Of a stretch of DNA of 64,000 bases, positions 11,406 through 23,504 are shown piece by piece (the stretch's first letter is position 1; each line of letters opens with the position of its first letter). The notes beneath the pieces were generated by a model. The model had not been told where the DNA came from. It saw only the letters and a program-made list of their open reading frames with translations, and searched no databases. The DNA is from Perkinsus chesapeaki ATCC PRA-425 (lineage: Eukaryota > Protista > Perkinsozoa): positions 1 to 64,000 of the forward strand of contig JAAPAO010000106.1 in NCBI GenBank assembly GCA_013115145.1. The letters are read 5' to 3'. A program made the position numbers and the translations under genes.

Positions 11406-14400
11406 ATGGCTACAATTGGTAATGAATCTCTCCTTCTCCAGCGGGAGTCTGGTATGCTACGCCCTCATAGAGTTATTGGTGTAGTATGTGGCCCACAAAG
11501 GGCATCAGTAACTAAGGTTGGATCACAAACCTTTATTACTGCTGTTACACACAAGTCGTGGCAGGTAAACCGGGTATTATTAAGCATTAGAAGTATTGGA
11601 AATCCGATTAGGTTTATGATACAGAAAGTCTCGATATAAGATATATTCAACCAATAAGAGAGGAGACTGTAAGTTGTATAACATCCATTGGTGACACTAC
11701 AATAGCTGGTTACGGTAATGGAAAGATAGCTGTATGGCATAAGATGATACCTATTGTAACGATGACTAAGGATGGACATAGAGGCACTGTTGAGTAGTAT
11801 AGGGTAGAGGGCAATACGGTTAATAACAATAATGATTTCGTCCGCTATTACGGTTTTAACCTCCTCTGGACATCCTCCTTTTATAGGTCATTATTCCTAC
11901 TTGGTAGTACATTCCTACTAAGTGTAGGAGCTAACGGTAATGAAGTATTATTATGGACACTACCATCATCATTGACCAAACCCGGTGGTGAAATTGATGG
12001 TCCTATTAGACTTAATATTGGTTTTGAGCTCACAGCAGCTACACACATACCTACATATCTTAACAAGATGCTAATAGCTGGTCGAGGGGGCGAACTTGAG
12101 CTTCGGAATTTGAAGACTCGTCGAAAAATACACACTTTTGGGTGTCTGTCTAATGACTCTGCTATAACAGCATTATCACCCTCGCCAGCTCTCGATGTTG
12201 CTGCTATAGGCTTCCAAAGCGGCCGTATATGCCTTATAAACTGCAGGACTGATGAGCTGTTATTTACCCTATCAACAACTGAGAGTAGGGCATCTGGCTC
12301 TATCACTGGTCTTACTTTCCGTACTGATAATGGCGATCATAATGGGGTACTGATATCGAGTACATCTGACGGTGATGTATTTATATGGGACTTGACCGAG
12401 AAGCTACTACACAGCTCTATAAAGCATGCTCATGATGGTAGTATAACAACTTTAACAGCTTTATCTGGCGAACCGCTTGTTGTTACTACTGGAGTTGATA
12501 ACACTATGTGTGTGTGGATATTTGATAAACCTGATGGTAGTCTAAGGTTGTTACGTCAACGTAAAGGAGCTAGTGAGCCTATTAAACACATTGAGATGTA
12601 TGGTAATGATCCTACTAATAATGCCGAATCAAATGATTTACTTATTACCTCTGGTAGTAGGGTTGGTAAAATAAGTCTCATTCAGCAGAAACAGAATAAG
12701 ATATGGAGTATGTCGAATATATCGAAAGCAACAGCAGGTCTAGGATCCAGGATGAAGTGGAGAAGGCCGACTGATGGTAATGGTGAGCTGGGCGAAATCG
12801 TGTCAATAGCTGGTACAAGAATACGCCAATATGACTGGCCGAATGTTATCACTGCTAATAAGGGATCTACCAACGCTACTGTGTGGAGTGGATATCAACA
12901 GGCATTAGTAAATCGTCAATTAGATGTACCAGATAATAAATCACAAGTTGTTAAAGTGGCTGTCAGCCCTTGTGGTAACTTTGCCTGTGTTGGGCTTAAG
13001 AATGGTGAAGTCCATCGATTTAACCTACAGAGCTGTCTTTATAGGGGATTGGTAACAAAGCATGAGAATGCTGGTGAGGTAGCGATCTTGGAGTTCTTAT
13101 CATCGACTAGTATATTATCGGCATCATCGACCTCACGTGACCTACGTATTACTACATTCGGATCTGGTATGAAATCGACACCTAAGTTGAGAAGTATATC
13201 TTTGCCGGAAGGAAACGGTACAATACAGTGTGCTGCTGTCAATGGGCCACTTGTAGCAGTTGCTCTGAATAAAGGGGAAGGAGTATTGGTCGTGGATATG
13301 GATTCGGGTAGGGTCGTGAGACGTATGGATGAGCTTAAGGGTGGTGTTACTGCTATGGGATGGTCACATAGTGGACAGCTGCTTACTGTTGCCGATTCTG
13401 ATGCAAAAATGGTAATATATGATCTACCAACAGCAAGTGTAGTTGATAGAGTCATATTTACTTCACCTGTTATGGCGCTATGCTGGAGTAATGGTGATGC
13501 ATTCCTTATCACTAGTCACCCACACACGGCGAAGTACGGTGCAATGCATATATGGACTAATACCAAACTATTAGGACATGATTCGGATAATAATAACGGC
13601 ATGCTTACAGTCCCTAAGGTGTATGTACCAATAGATGAGCCTATAAGGGAGGGGGATGAGGAAGACCGTGCTGATGATGATGATAATGTTCAGGAGGAGC
13701 CCTCAGCAGTCCTTAATAAAGCTGTATCGTACACCCCACAGAGTAGAGGAGCAATAACACTATCGAATGTACCGAGAACAAGTTGGCAATATGCCCTTCG
13801 ACTTGATGAGATTAAAGAACGTAATAAGCCTGTCGCAGCACCTAAGAAGCCAGAGAGTGCTCCTTTTTTCCTGCCGACTGTGTATGATGGCTCAAAGCCT
13901 TTATTCGCGCCATTGCAAGCATCTAAGGGTGAAGGAGACGAGAAGGAAGAGCCTGAAAAGAAACGGATGAAGTTTGATGATAGTGTTGATTTTGACTCAA
14001 CTCTGGACTCGGAGTTTGAAAGGGATATTGCTGCGAGGGACTGGGAGGCTGCTATGGAGTATCTTAAAAAGCAAACAGCAAGTGGACTTCATTTGTGTAT
14101 AAGTGAAATAAGAGATGATAACTTACGGTACGCTGTAGAGTACTTTGAAGCCATGGCGTCTACAGGGAAGGATTATGATCTAGTGCAGGTGATGGAGGAA
14201 TAAAGCATTCAATGGTTAACTGATTGATCATCTTCAGGTGCAGCTGTCTCTGTTCCTTAAGTTCCATGCTGAGACATTGCTAGAATCAACTGATGAGGAG
14301 CTACGAAACGCTGTTAAGCAGCTTAGTAATAGATTGACAAGCAACTTCAAGGTAAGATGATAATTATAATAGTATATAGTTATATTGTTATTCAGGGGTT

Positions 14401-14479
14401 CGATAAGGATTGCAGTAGACTGGAATGCCTGGTACGGTTGTTATCAGGGACACAGATGGTAGCTATGGCTGGACAATAA
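11406..14479 (+). CDS. UTP21: U3 snoRNP WD40 protein UTP21/WDR36 (multi-exon; main exon within ORF 11972..14203)
   Basis: Multiple WD40 repeats (GSITGLTFRTD, HDGSITTL, DNTMCVWIFD). The C-terminal Utp21 region has LDEIKERNKPVAAPKKPESAPFFLPT. First exon at 11406 (LRPHRVIGVV...SWQ); terminal exons run to a TAA at 14477..14479. Confidence 0.85.
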
Positions 14480-14590
14480 CACTGTTATACTACTACAACA
14501 ACAACGTCAATAACGTATTACTTATTTCCTTTACCATTTAATTGATATGTTGAGTTCAGTTTATATTAATAATAGTATTATCTGGGAGAT

Positions 14591-17500
14591 ATGTCGGAGG
14601 GTCGACCACATTCGAGAGGGTTTAATACGACCGGTGGAGGTTTACGGCAAGCCCCGCCACCGCAGGTAGGTAGCAGTCCGGGGGAAAGGAGAGGGAGCCG
14701 TTCAACAACAAGACTGAGTAATGACTGGGTTGTTGATTGATCATTCTGGTTAATAATAGGTGATATGTACTCTACTGGTGGCTCATCATCTAGTGGTAGA
14801 CCAGGCAGTCAAAGGGGGAGTACACCGTCACGTGGTAGTATAATACAACAACACCTACCAGGTAAATATGTACCATATATTCTTTCGCCCTCAAGGGCAC
14901 TGATTTTGGTAGTAAAGAAAATGACTTCCGCAGATAAGGACATCATTATTAGTGAAATTGTTAAAGATTTCTGAAATGTATGGATTCACTTGAACTTTGT
15001 CTAGGCTCACGCTCTGGGCTGGCCACTGGTTACTTGGGAGGAGTGGCGATGATGCCTCCTATGGTAAAGTGATGATAGACAGCGGCGGCTGCAGTAGGTG
15101 GGGAGTTGTTGTTGTGTATCAGGGACATGTAAAAGTAGTAGACAGACCAGTAACACAACAAGGCCTATCGGCAGCGGGGTCGATGGCAACTGGTGGGGGT
15201 ATAAGGCCTGGGACTGGTAGACAAGTACTGGATAAAAACTATTATAAAGCACAATTAAGAAACAAAATGTAAAAAATAATAAAGTTGATATTACTGATGT
15301 TTTTCACGGTAGCAATGAACTGACTTTGGAGATAACAAGATTTAACACCGAAATGGGACATATCGCCAAGGAGGCACAGTCTTATAAGCAATACGAGAAA
15401 CGTTATCACTCCCTACTAGCAGAGGTAATGATCAATACTACTACTATAAGGCATAGGATATATAGGTTAAAGCGCTAGAAGGGGACCTTGCTGATTATAA
15501 CTTGGCGTTGGATAAACAAAGGGTTAAAGTTAGACCGGAAGAGGTGGAGAGGCAGTAAGAGTTATATTACAGTATCTTAATTACTATGGTGAAGGTATAT
15601 CGATATTAAACAGAGGAATGCATTCGCTAGAGAACAGATTGATAATATCTTTCTTGAAAAGAAAGAGTGTGAGGAGGGTATAGCTCGACTGGAGTATGAA
15701 CTGAATGTAAACAACAACAGACAGAATAAGTCTAGTACCAAAGGGTTAATAGGAAAATCAAAAACATATTGAAGAGCAGTTGACAAGGTTAACAGATAAA
15801 CAAAAAGAGGAATATAGGAAGCTTATGGAGGAGCAGGACAAGATAAAGTATCAAGTCGTCATATATTATTGTCATGCATGATTGCATCAGTAACGCGAGT
15901 CATGAACTAGAGTCCACAATGGGACCAATGAGACAGAGGTAAATGTCATACACCTAAAGAGATAACAGTTATTAAAACAGACTTGCAACAACTACTGAAA
16001 GGCTCCATATGGACCCATCGAGACGCCGAATGTTGGCTCTTTCTAAAGCCAGAGGTGACGGCAATAATACCAGATTAGTAACAATTATATGATAATAGAC
16101 GAACTGTTTGAACGTAAACAAGAGCTTACTGAGGAGTTAGAAAAGATAAGCCTGCCTCTGCCGAAACAGCGGGAGATGCTTATAGAGAAGATTAAGGAGG
16201 AGAATAGTGAAATGGTGCCGCCGATGGCTAATATTCGGTCAATGCCACTTCTTGCATGCTGATAGGTTGAATTAGAAAGGAAATATGAGGAAATGAAAGA
16301 AGCATTAGAACGTTTCCGACGAAACGCTGCGGAGATTTCGGCAGAGTTGAACAAAGGTGTAGGAGATAGCTCACAGTCGGAAGGGGATGAGCAACAACAA
16401 AAGTAAACAGATCTGAATGATAAGTTATGGCAACGGCCTTGAAAGGTATAAATTGCTGTTTGCGAAAGATGCCGAGATGACCACGTTCCTTGGGGAATTC
16501 CCGAAACTGAAAGAAGAAGAATCAAGAAAGATAAGAGACCTCCAGAGCAGCATCAGACAGCTGACTCAACGAATTCATCAAGTCATAAAATAATGAACTT
16601 AGTAGTTTAATTCAAACTACCAGGCCCTTGGTAAAGCAAAGGAATTACCGACTCGGGCCAGATTTGAGGAGATGCAGAGCGATCTCAGTTTCAAAGATCG
16701 ACAGGTTACTGGTGACCTGGAGAGGGAAAAATGTTGACGTTAATAGGTTGAGGCGAGTGAGGCAACTGGGCAAAGGCTCGAAGTTGAACTACAACAGAGG
16801 AGGCAAGAGTTGGATAAAATATCGGACTTGGAGCATAAGGTATGTCAACAGTTAGAATGAGATTGACGTTATACGAGCCAGGTGGAAGAGGAAATCGCAC
16901 AAGCTGAGGAGTCAATGCAAACTTATCAAGATGAAATCGATAATAGATTCTCGTGCATTGATGAGCTACGCGAAGCTAGATTAAGGTAAGTCATGCACAA
17001 GTTGGCATGAGAAGTGTGTTGTGTAAGGGATATGGAGATATTAGCCGAACGAAGGCAAAAGCTGGAACGATCACTCCCAGCTTTGAGGGATACGGTGAGA
17101 CCTGATCCAGCTGATGGTGAACAAAGCAACGAATAGGTGGCGTCGCTACAACTGAAAATGGATGCTAAAAAACAGACGTTGCATGACAACTCAAATCATG
17201 CGGCTTTGGTTCATTTGGAGAACAAATTGAAACATCTAGAGCAGACAAATTATCAACTGGAGAGCTCCATACAGGTAAAGCGGAAGGTCACAAAAAAAGT
17301 TGAAAAAAAGTAACACGGAAAAAGGTCTCGAGTCTTCCAGTGTAACTTGACGACAAGTGAAACATTGAAATATAATAGACTGGCCGAACGGAAATAGTGC
17401 ATGGTAGCCGTTCTATATGCACCATATACTGTAGTTTTCTATAATTAACCTACTTACGGGAATTCGGTTAAAGTCGGGAATGTGTCTCTACCCTTGCTTT

Positions 17501-17694
17501 GTGGCATCGTGCCAGGTGAAACTTATGGAGTCGGATTACCAAGATGAGAATACAGAAGCATTAGAGATTGTTAATAAAATCAACGAGGTTGCTAAAAAGC
17601 AAGTGAGCTAGGCATTTCGTTTCCTATGTCTCGATGTCCCATGTTACCTATCGTATAGGCTCATATATCTATGCCAGTTGGTCGGGCCATGTGA
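14591..17694 (+). CDS. IFT74: Intraflagellar transport protein 74 (many short exons)
   Basis: Basic Gly/Arg-rich N-terminus, RPGTGRQVLDKNYYKAQLRNK motif, long coiled-coil exons, C-terminal MESDYQDENTEALEIVNKINE. Boundaries read by eye. Confidence 0.8.
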
Positions 17695-18012
17695 AACCCT
17701 GTCAATCTAATCATTACAGCAATACAATGCTTGTTGAGTTAGTTTTGATGAGGAAGTGTGGGGGCATATTGTGACACCAAGTTTGCCGAATAAAACAATT
17801 ACTGTTATTAACGTTTAAGAGGTAAATGGTAGTTGATCGCGGACCAGTAGAGGTCATGTGCAAGGGCAATCCAAGGAGAACTAAATATCGAGATAATTAC
17901 TTCATTGACGATACTGTTGTGCTTCACTCGTCAACGCGATACCTCTTTAAGACATACAAATAACATTAACATCACCTTTATGCAACTTCGCCGTTGGACA
18001 ATGCAAAATGTA

Positions 18013-18694
18013 TTATGTGGTAAGATTAACTCCTGCGGTAGCTTGCTCATATATAGAACAGAATTCATCAGCAATTTCCTTGCAGAGACTTGAGGGCCCC
18101 TCATCAACAGCAGCTCCCTCTTTCTTGAGGATCTCAGTTTGTATATTCCTGAATGTGACGGGAAACTCAGTCTCATCAAAGGCTCTCTTGTTGAAGTCTT
18201 TTAAGGGATCATCAATCTTAACGTCATACGATTCACCTTGATGTTCGATCTCTACAATACCATCGATTGTACTGAAAATGATGATCAAACAGTCATGACC
18301 TTTACACCACCGAACCGCACTCACACGGTGTAGTTCTTCCGTGGGCATAGAACAGTCAGTGCTTGTACCCGTTCATCATCTGTGACCTCCAGACTATATC
18401 CCAGACCGGTGAGCTCACCAGAATGTACATAACAATATCTAGACTCTCCCTCTCTCTCATCAATGGGCGTGCATTTTCCCTCCTGAGAGAACAGCGTTAC
18501 GGCTGCATTGATTGAGAATGAATGACCATAAGTCCAGTTTAACACACGCTGATTCATACCCCCTCCTCCGAATCGGATTCGGATTCCGATTCGGGTATTG
18601 TCTCGAGCCGAGGCTGCAGCAGCTTACTATAACCATCAACAGGAATCGTTGATGAAATGAATAGGGCGAACCAAAGAGCGATGAGGCGAGGCAT
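18013..18694 (-). CDS. Secreted-protein family member 4 (intact, 183 aa); complement(join(18013..18271,18325..18482,18560..18694))
   Basis: Signal peptide MPRLIALWFALFISSTIPVDG. Same phase-0/phase-2 intron pattern; 552-nt open frame; motifs RYCY, LCP, KIDDPLKDFN, LCKEIADEFCSIYE. Confidence 0.75.
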
Positions 18695-18891
18695 TATTCT
18701 ATTGAGGAGAGCTGACGGCTAGCCATCATTACTAGGATGTCATACAAATCACCGTTGTTTGTGAATGTGCCCCATATGAGCTATAACATAGATAAACCAA
18801 CTTGGTTGGTTGGCGCCGTTGGCTTAACCAACGCTCCTTACCAAACAAGGATACTCACAATGATAAGAACGCCGCAAAGATGAGTAGGAAC

Positions 18892-19150
18892 TTACAGTTG
18901 CTCGTTTTCGCGCGTTGAGATAGGAGGCAAGACAGCGAGATTCAGACCGATCTGGAATTTACCTAGCGCACGAAAATAAAGGTAGATAAGCAGCCAGATA
19001 CTACTTACCACAACTTGGGACTTAATTGCTGAAATTGTGGTCCCCTGCTCTTTCGGGAGACCAGAAGTTATTAATTGCTCGGACAATTCGTCACCTCCAT
19101 TGATCAACTCATAAGCGCTACTTTATTGACAGTCTATCAGTAATTTTATG
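18892..19150 (-). CDS. Possible COMMD4-like exon or fragment
   Basis: NKSSAYELINGGDELSEQLITSGLPKEQ resembles the COMMD4 SELQQLGLPKEH segment from memory. No convincing N-terminal exon found. Confidence 0.25.
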
Positions 19151-19449
19151 AGTCATAGAATGATATCAATCTATCTGAGGATTTTTACAGCGCATCAAAT
19201 GGTCTTGCCGAGAACGTTCCTTGATTCCACTAAATGTTTATTGAGCAGGCCAATTCGGACCCGCAATGTGCAAATGCGTCTTGCATTGTCTTTGAGCAGT
19301 AGCTAGGTTTTAGTATGTCTTCATGTTGAATGGTAAATTAAGGGGGTAACCAAAATGAACTACTTTTCAACACAATCCTTTCATTTGAACGACATCAACA
19401 ACCAGGCAATCACCGTTAGTAGTCACTGTAAATACCAGCCGTTACTCAT

Positions 19450-20130
19450 TCAGCTATACCTTAATTGACTAGTCGTAAATCCTTCAGTAGCTTGGTTGTA
19501 AATAGAGCATAGCTTATTCATAATCTCTTCGCAAAGACGCATAGGCCCAGAACTAACGCTTACGCCCTTCCCGAGTATCATGGTTTGTAAGGCTTTGAAT
19601 GTATCGACACATCGGCTCTCGAAAGCCTGTTTGTGGAAGTCCTTCAGGGGATCTTCAATTTTGACTTCATACGCCTCGCCTCGGTACTCTATCTCTTCGA
19701 TACCAACAACAGTGCTGAGATGGACAACCAAAATACTTAGAGACACAACGAATAACAACGAATAAGACAGACACCGGTGCTGCTGCTTAAAGCTATCGAT
19801 GACTTTCTCGGTCAGTTAACTTACATTGTGAAGACTATCTCTGGACACAATATGTGTAACACATCTAACTTCTCCGAGATCATCCTAGTATAGCCGAGAC
19901 CGAGCATGCCAAAGGACTGGATGTAACAGTAGCGTTCATCACCTTCTTGTGTTCCCCAAGGCTCACATACTTCTTTCTGATTACAAAGAATCCATATTCC
20001 TTGAAGGAGCGTAAAAGGAACCATTACATACCGTTTCAGTGTGCCTCCTTTTTAACCGTCTTCCGGAGCCTCCTGCATAAGTAACCAAGTACATTACGAG
20101 GAGCAAGCTAGGATTCGCGAAGACTGCCAT
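19450..20130 (-). CDS. Secreted-protein family member 5 (intact, 171 aa); complement(join(19450..19714,19825..19976,20032..20130))
   Basis: Signal-peptide-like MAVFANPSLLLVMYLVTYAGG. Same intron phases; 516-nt frame; RYCY, LCP, KIEDPLKDFH, LCEEIMNKLCSIYN motifs. Confidence 0.75.
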
Positions 20131-20784
20131 TATTCGAATAACACTTCTCGGCGAAAAGTTTTTCCAGTCATCTGTATCGAATACCAAGCAGCAATTAATA
20201 AGAGCATTCCGCGTGGAAAGCTTCAATTGCCGATTTTCGAGCGTTCGGATAGGCAGCAAGTCGGCGAGATGTTCCTTAGGGAAAATTGACGCACGAAGAA
20301 GATAGAGAGCTGACAGAATCGGCAATTCGTCACAGTTCACATCCACGCCGGTTGCAGACTCGATGGGTTCCTCTTTACAGAAATATCCGATCCAAAGCTT
20401 CATCCGCACTCGAAGCCGAATAATTGCTCAACATACGGGCCTCGTCAAGAACGAAACTCCTCAAAAATGGTTCTCAAAACTGTTCAAGTCGTACACGCAG
20501 ACGCTCATGAGAATGTTCACTCGTAACACTTGAGGTAAGCCAGCAAACTGGTTATTCGTGGACCGACCACTGACGGGGAAAGTCGTCACAGCGCTAGTTA
20601 GTATTTACGACTTAAGACTCGGAACTGCGAATGGGTTTAGAATCTGTACGCAATCCAAGATTTATGTTTCAACGAAATAACTTATCAAACTGACATCTTG
20701 ATTGTTGTAGGGTCATTTCGATAGAGCAGCATAAACAACTTGCAGCTCAATGCATGCTACTCTTCGGAGCTAGTCTTAGATGCT

Positions 20785-21048
20785 CTATGAACTGGTGGCT
20801 TCTAGGTCTTGAAACTCGATGCCACAATCATCAGTATCCGGCGACTGACAAATAGATACCTCACACGAGCACTTTGTCCCGAATGCACAACCGAACCTGC
20901 CCCCGCAGAGCCAGTTGTGAAACTCCTCACACACACGGTAGGCACCCTGCCCGCAGGGACAGTCGGTATCTTGTAGACACCTTCTTTGGTAACGAGCTGC
21001 ACGAGCAAGCACACAACGAAGAGTACACGAGAGAACCTGTGATGAAAA
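20785..21048 (-). CDS. Small cysteine-rich peptide ORF, possibly secreted and frameshifted
   Basis: Ten Cys within about 55 codons (CLQDTDCPCGQGAYRVCEEFHNWLCGGRFGCAFGTKCSCEVSICQSPDTDDC). Signal-peptide-like FSRVLFVVCLLV lies in the adjacent frame. Confidence 0.4.
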   Translation of the reverse strand, partial: FSSQVLSCTLRCVLARAARYQRRCLQDTDCPCGQGAYRVCEEFHNWLCGGRFGCAFGTKCSCEVSICQSPDTDDCGIEFQDLEATSS

Positions 21049-21899
21049 TATATTAAGCTGTAGAAATCAAACAGAGAAAACCGAAATTACGGAGCTCAGA
21101 TCCCGAGCTTCGGATACCACAACGCATACCTCATATTCCCGCGAGATATTCCTATATGGTAGATCTGGCTTGACACGATGCTCCTCGCTTTGTCGGATGT
21201 AAATAGATCAATAAACTGGATGGAGAAGTCCTTCTCAGAACTTTCCCAGCTGAGCGCCATTCCGTGGAAGGTCTACCAGACTTGTAGATCTCTTCAGTTG
21301 GACTTCGGTAATAGTTGTCCTTCGCTGGATCAAGCCTCCTCCGATCAACATAGAGCTTACAACATTGATTATAGTTGACGAGTTATTCGATTACATTTCT
21401 ATGACTAACTTAGTCAGACTGAGTTGTGCTATGCAGAGTGTGTCAAGCGTGGCCTTTGTATAAAGTGCTGATATGGCTCAAGGAACCACTCTGTTACTAC
21501 AGATGGAGCGGTAGAATGTCTCTGCATCGTGTGCATTCACCAGTTTTTCAACCTGGCTCCAACCTTTTTCAATTCGTCGGCCTCTCACGCTGGGTCAAGC
21601 AAGTACTACAGAGTTACCACTACTGCAGCCAACCGAAACTCAGGCTACTTCGAAACTGTATTTTCGAGTCTCATGAACACTGTGTTCGTTTACCATACGA
21701 TCATCGGTGATTATAATTGTTACCACCATTTGCAATATAGTACGAAGCAGTCGCTTCTGTGGGCAACGTGAATCTTAGTTAACTCTGATGGTTGACTTGC
21801 ATAACGCAATAGTTTTAGATCAAATGAACTTATCCGTCCGATAAGTTATTCCACACAAAAGAGTGACAGGAGTAATTGATGTATAATCCATTCTCAAAT

Positions 21900-23070
21900 C
21901 GTTGTCTAATGGCTTCATCTCATCTTGCAATCTACCCACCATTTTGTGAAACTTATCAAAATGATACCTGTGATGTAGTTGGTCATTCTATCGCTTAACA
22001 CCTACAATGCTTTTCCAGTGTCATTCATAATGTCTCTTGCTATCCCTTTAATATCGGTATGGCCTATAGTCGACTTTTCACCATCTAACTAAAACAGCAT
22101 CACAGTCTAGCTTTTGCTGGCACCCACAACCCTACCACCGCATTGAGCGCCATACTTGTTTGGAATCCTTGATGGATTGCTGGGAGCACCGCCTAGAACA
22201 TGATAGACTATCATTATCAAAATATAATCATATGGTCTAACACTTTAGGGACCCTCATTGCCTCTTCAAAGTGATGTTTCATCTCTGCGCGAATATTCGG
22301 CAAAAGTTGCTGTCGGAGATGTGCCTCATGATGGAGATATCTAATAATAGTAAATCTATTCTTCCGTGAATATGTTGTCTACTCCTCCAGCCGTTTGAGC
22401 TCTGGTGGCGGTTCCCTAAACACCGAACACTAAAGCATATCATTAACAAGATTTCTGCAGCACTTGAAGTATTTCTCGTTCAATTGCCGTATCGCCTTGG
22501 CTACATCCGATGGCACCTCATCTCGTTTAAGCGCCTAATTAGACTTACTATACCATCTACATGCTCACCAATACCCCAAAGTGATCCAGCTTTCTTAATT
22601 CGCTCATTTTGCCTTCGTTAGAGTTGACCTCTTTACTATGTACATGTGCTAATAATGATGGTGGCAAAATGTATGATCCAATCCATTGCTCTATGTTATG
22701 CAGCGATGTCGTTAAGTGTGTTGGAAATAGGTTCATCCAACTAGGAATACAGTTGCTGTTATATCCCTGTGTACGGGTGCTCGTCGAACAAAATGACAAA
22801 GAACAATCTAAAAGTGTCATAACATAACTTATCATGATGATACATTAAATGCTAACAGTAGAACGTATTGTCTATCTTCATGTAGCTCGATACTTCCTAT
22901 ACCGCTCTCTCTGAGAATGTATAAAGAACAGCGGAGTAGGGAACAACAATAGGTATACCTCATCAAAAAATAATTGAGACATTGACCAGATCAACATACC
23001 AATCTGCGCCGCAGTCAATATCATCTGACGCGAATTCATGTGACACACGCCTGGTTTGACACGCACCACA
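21900..23070 (-). CDS. Hypothetical multi-exon protein (boundaries uncertain)
   Basis: A series of short open segments flanked by GT/AG on the minus strand (e.g. ALKRDEVPSDVAKAIRQLNEKYFKCC, YLHHEAHLRQQLLPNIRAEMKHHFEE). No family recognised. Confidence 0.3.
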
Positions 23071-23504
23071 GACGTTGATATCAGTTTAATAAGAAAGTGT
23101 GATGCTGTGGGTTCTATGGAAACCTGTCAAAATTGTGCAATAGTGTGTCAGTCGGTGAGGCTCACTGCAGAGTCATCCGGTGTTGAGAACCCTATCGGTG
23201 GAAGCCCTATAGAAGGTGGTGATTCACTGACATTCCTCGGAGTCTAATTATATATTATTTCAAAGCCAATTAGCAGTATTACTGTCGTAGAGTCATCACC
23301 GATGACTAGTATTATAAGCGATGACAGGTATTTTAAACCATTCACGTATGTCAACATAAGTTATATTCTACTAACATTATTGACTGTAACTCAATGACAT
23401 GCAACCAGCAGCAGCAGTACAACAATAAGAACATCATGAATGGTCATTGTTGTTTATGATGATAATGGTGAGAATATTAACTTTGGTGATTAATGATATA
23501 AACT

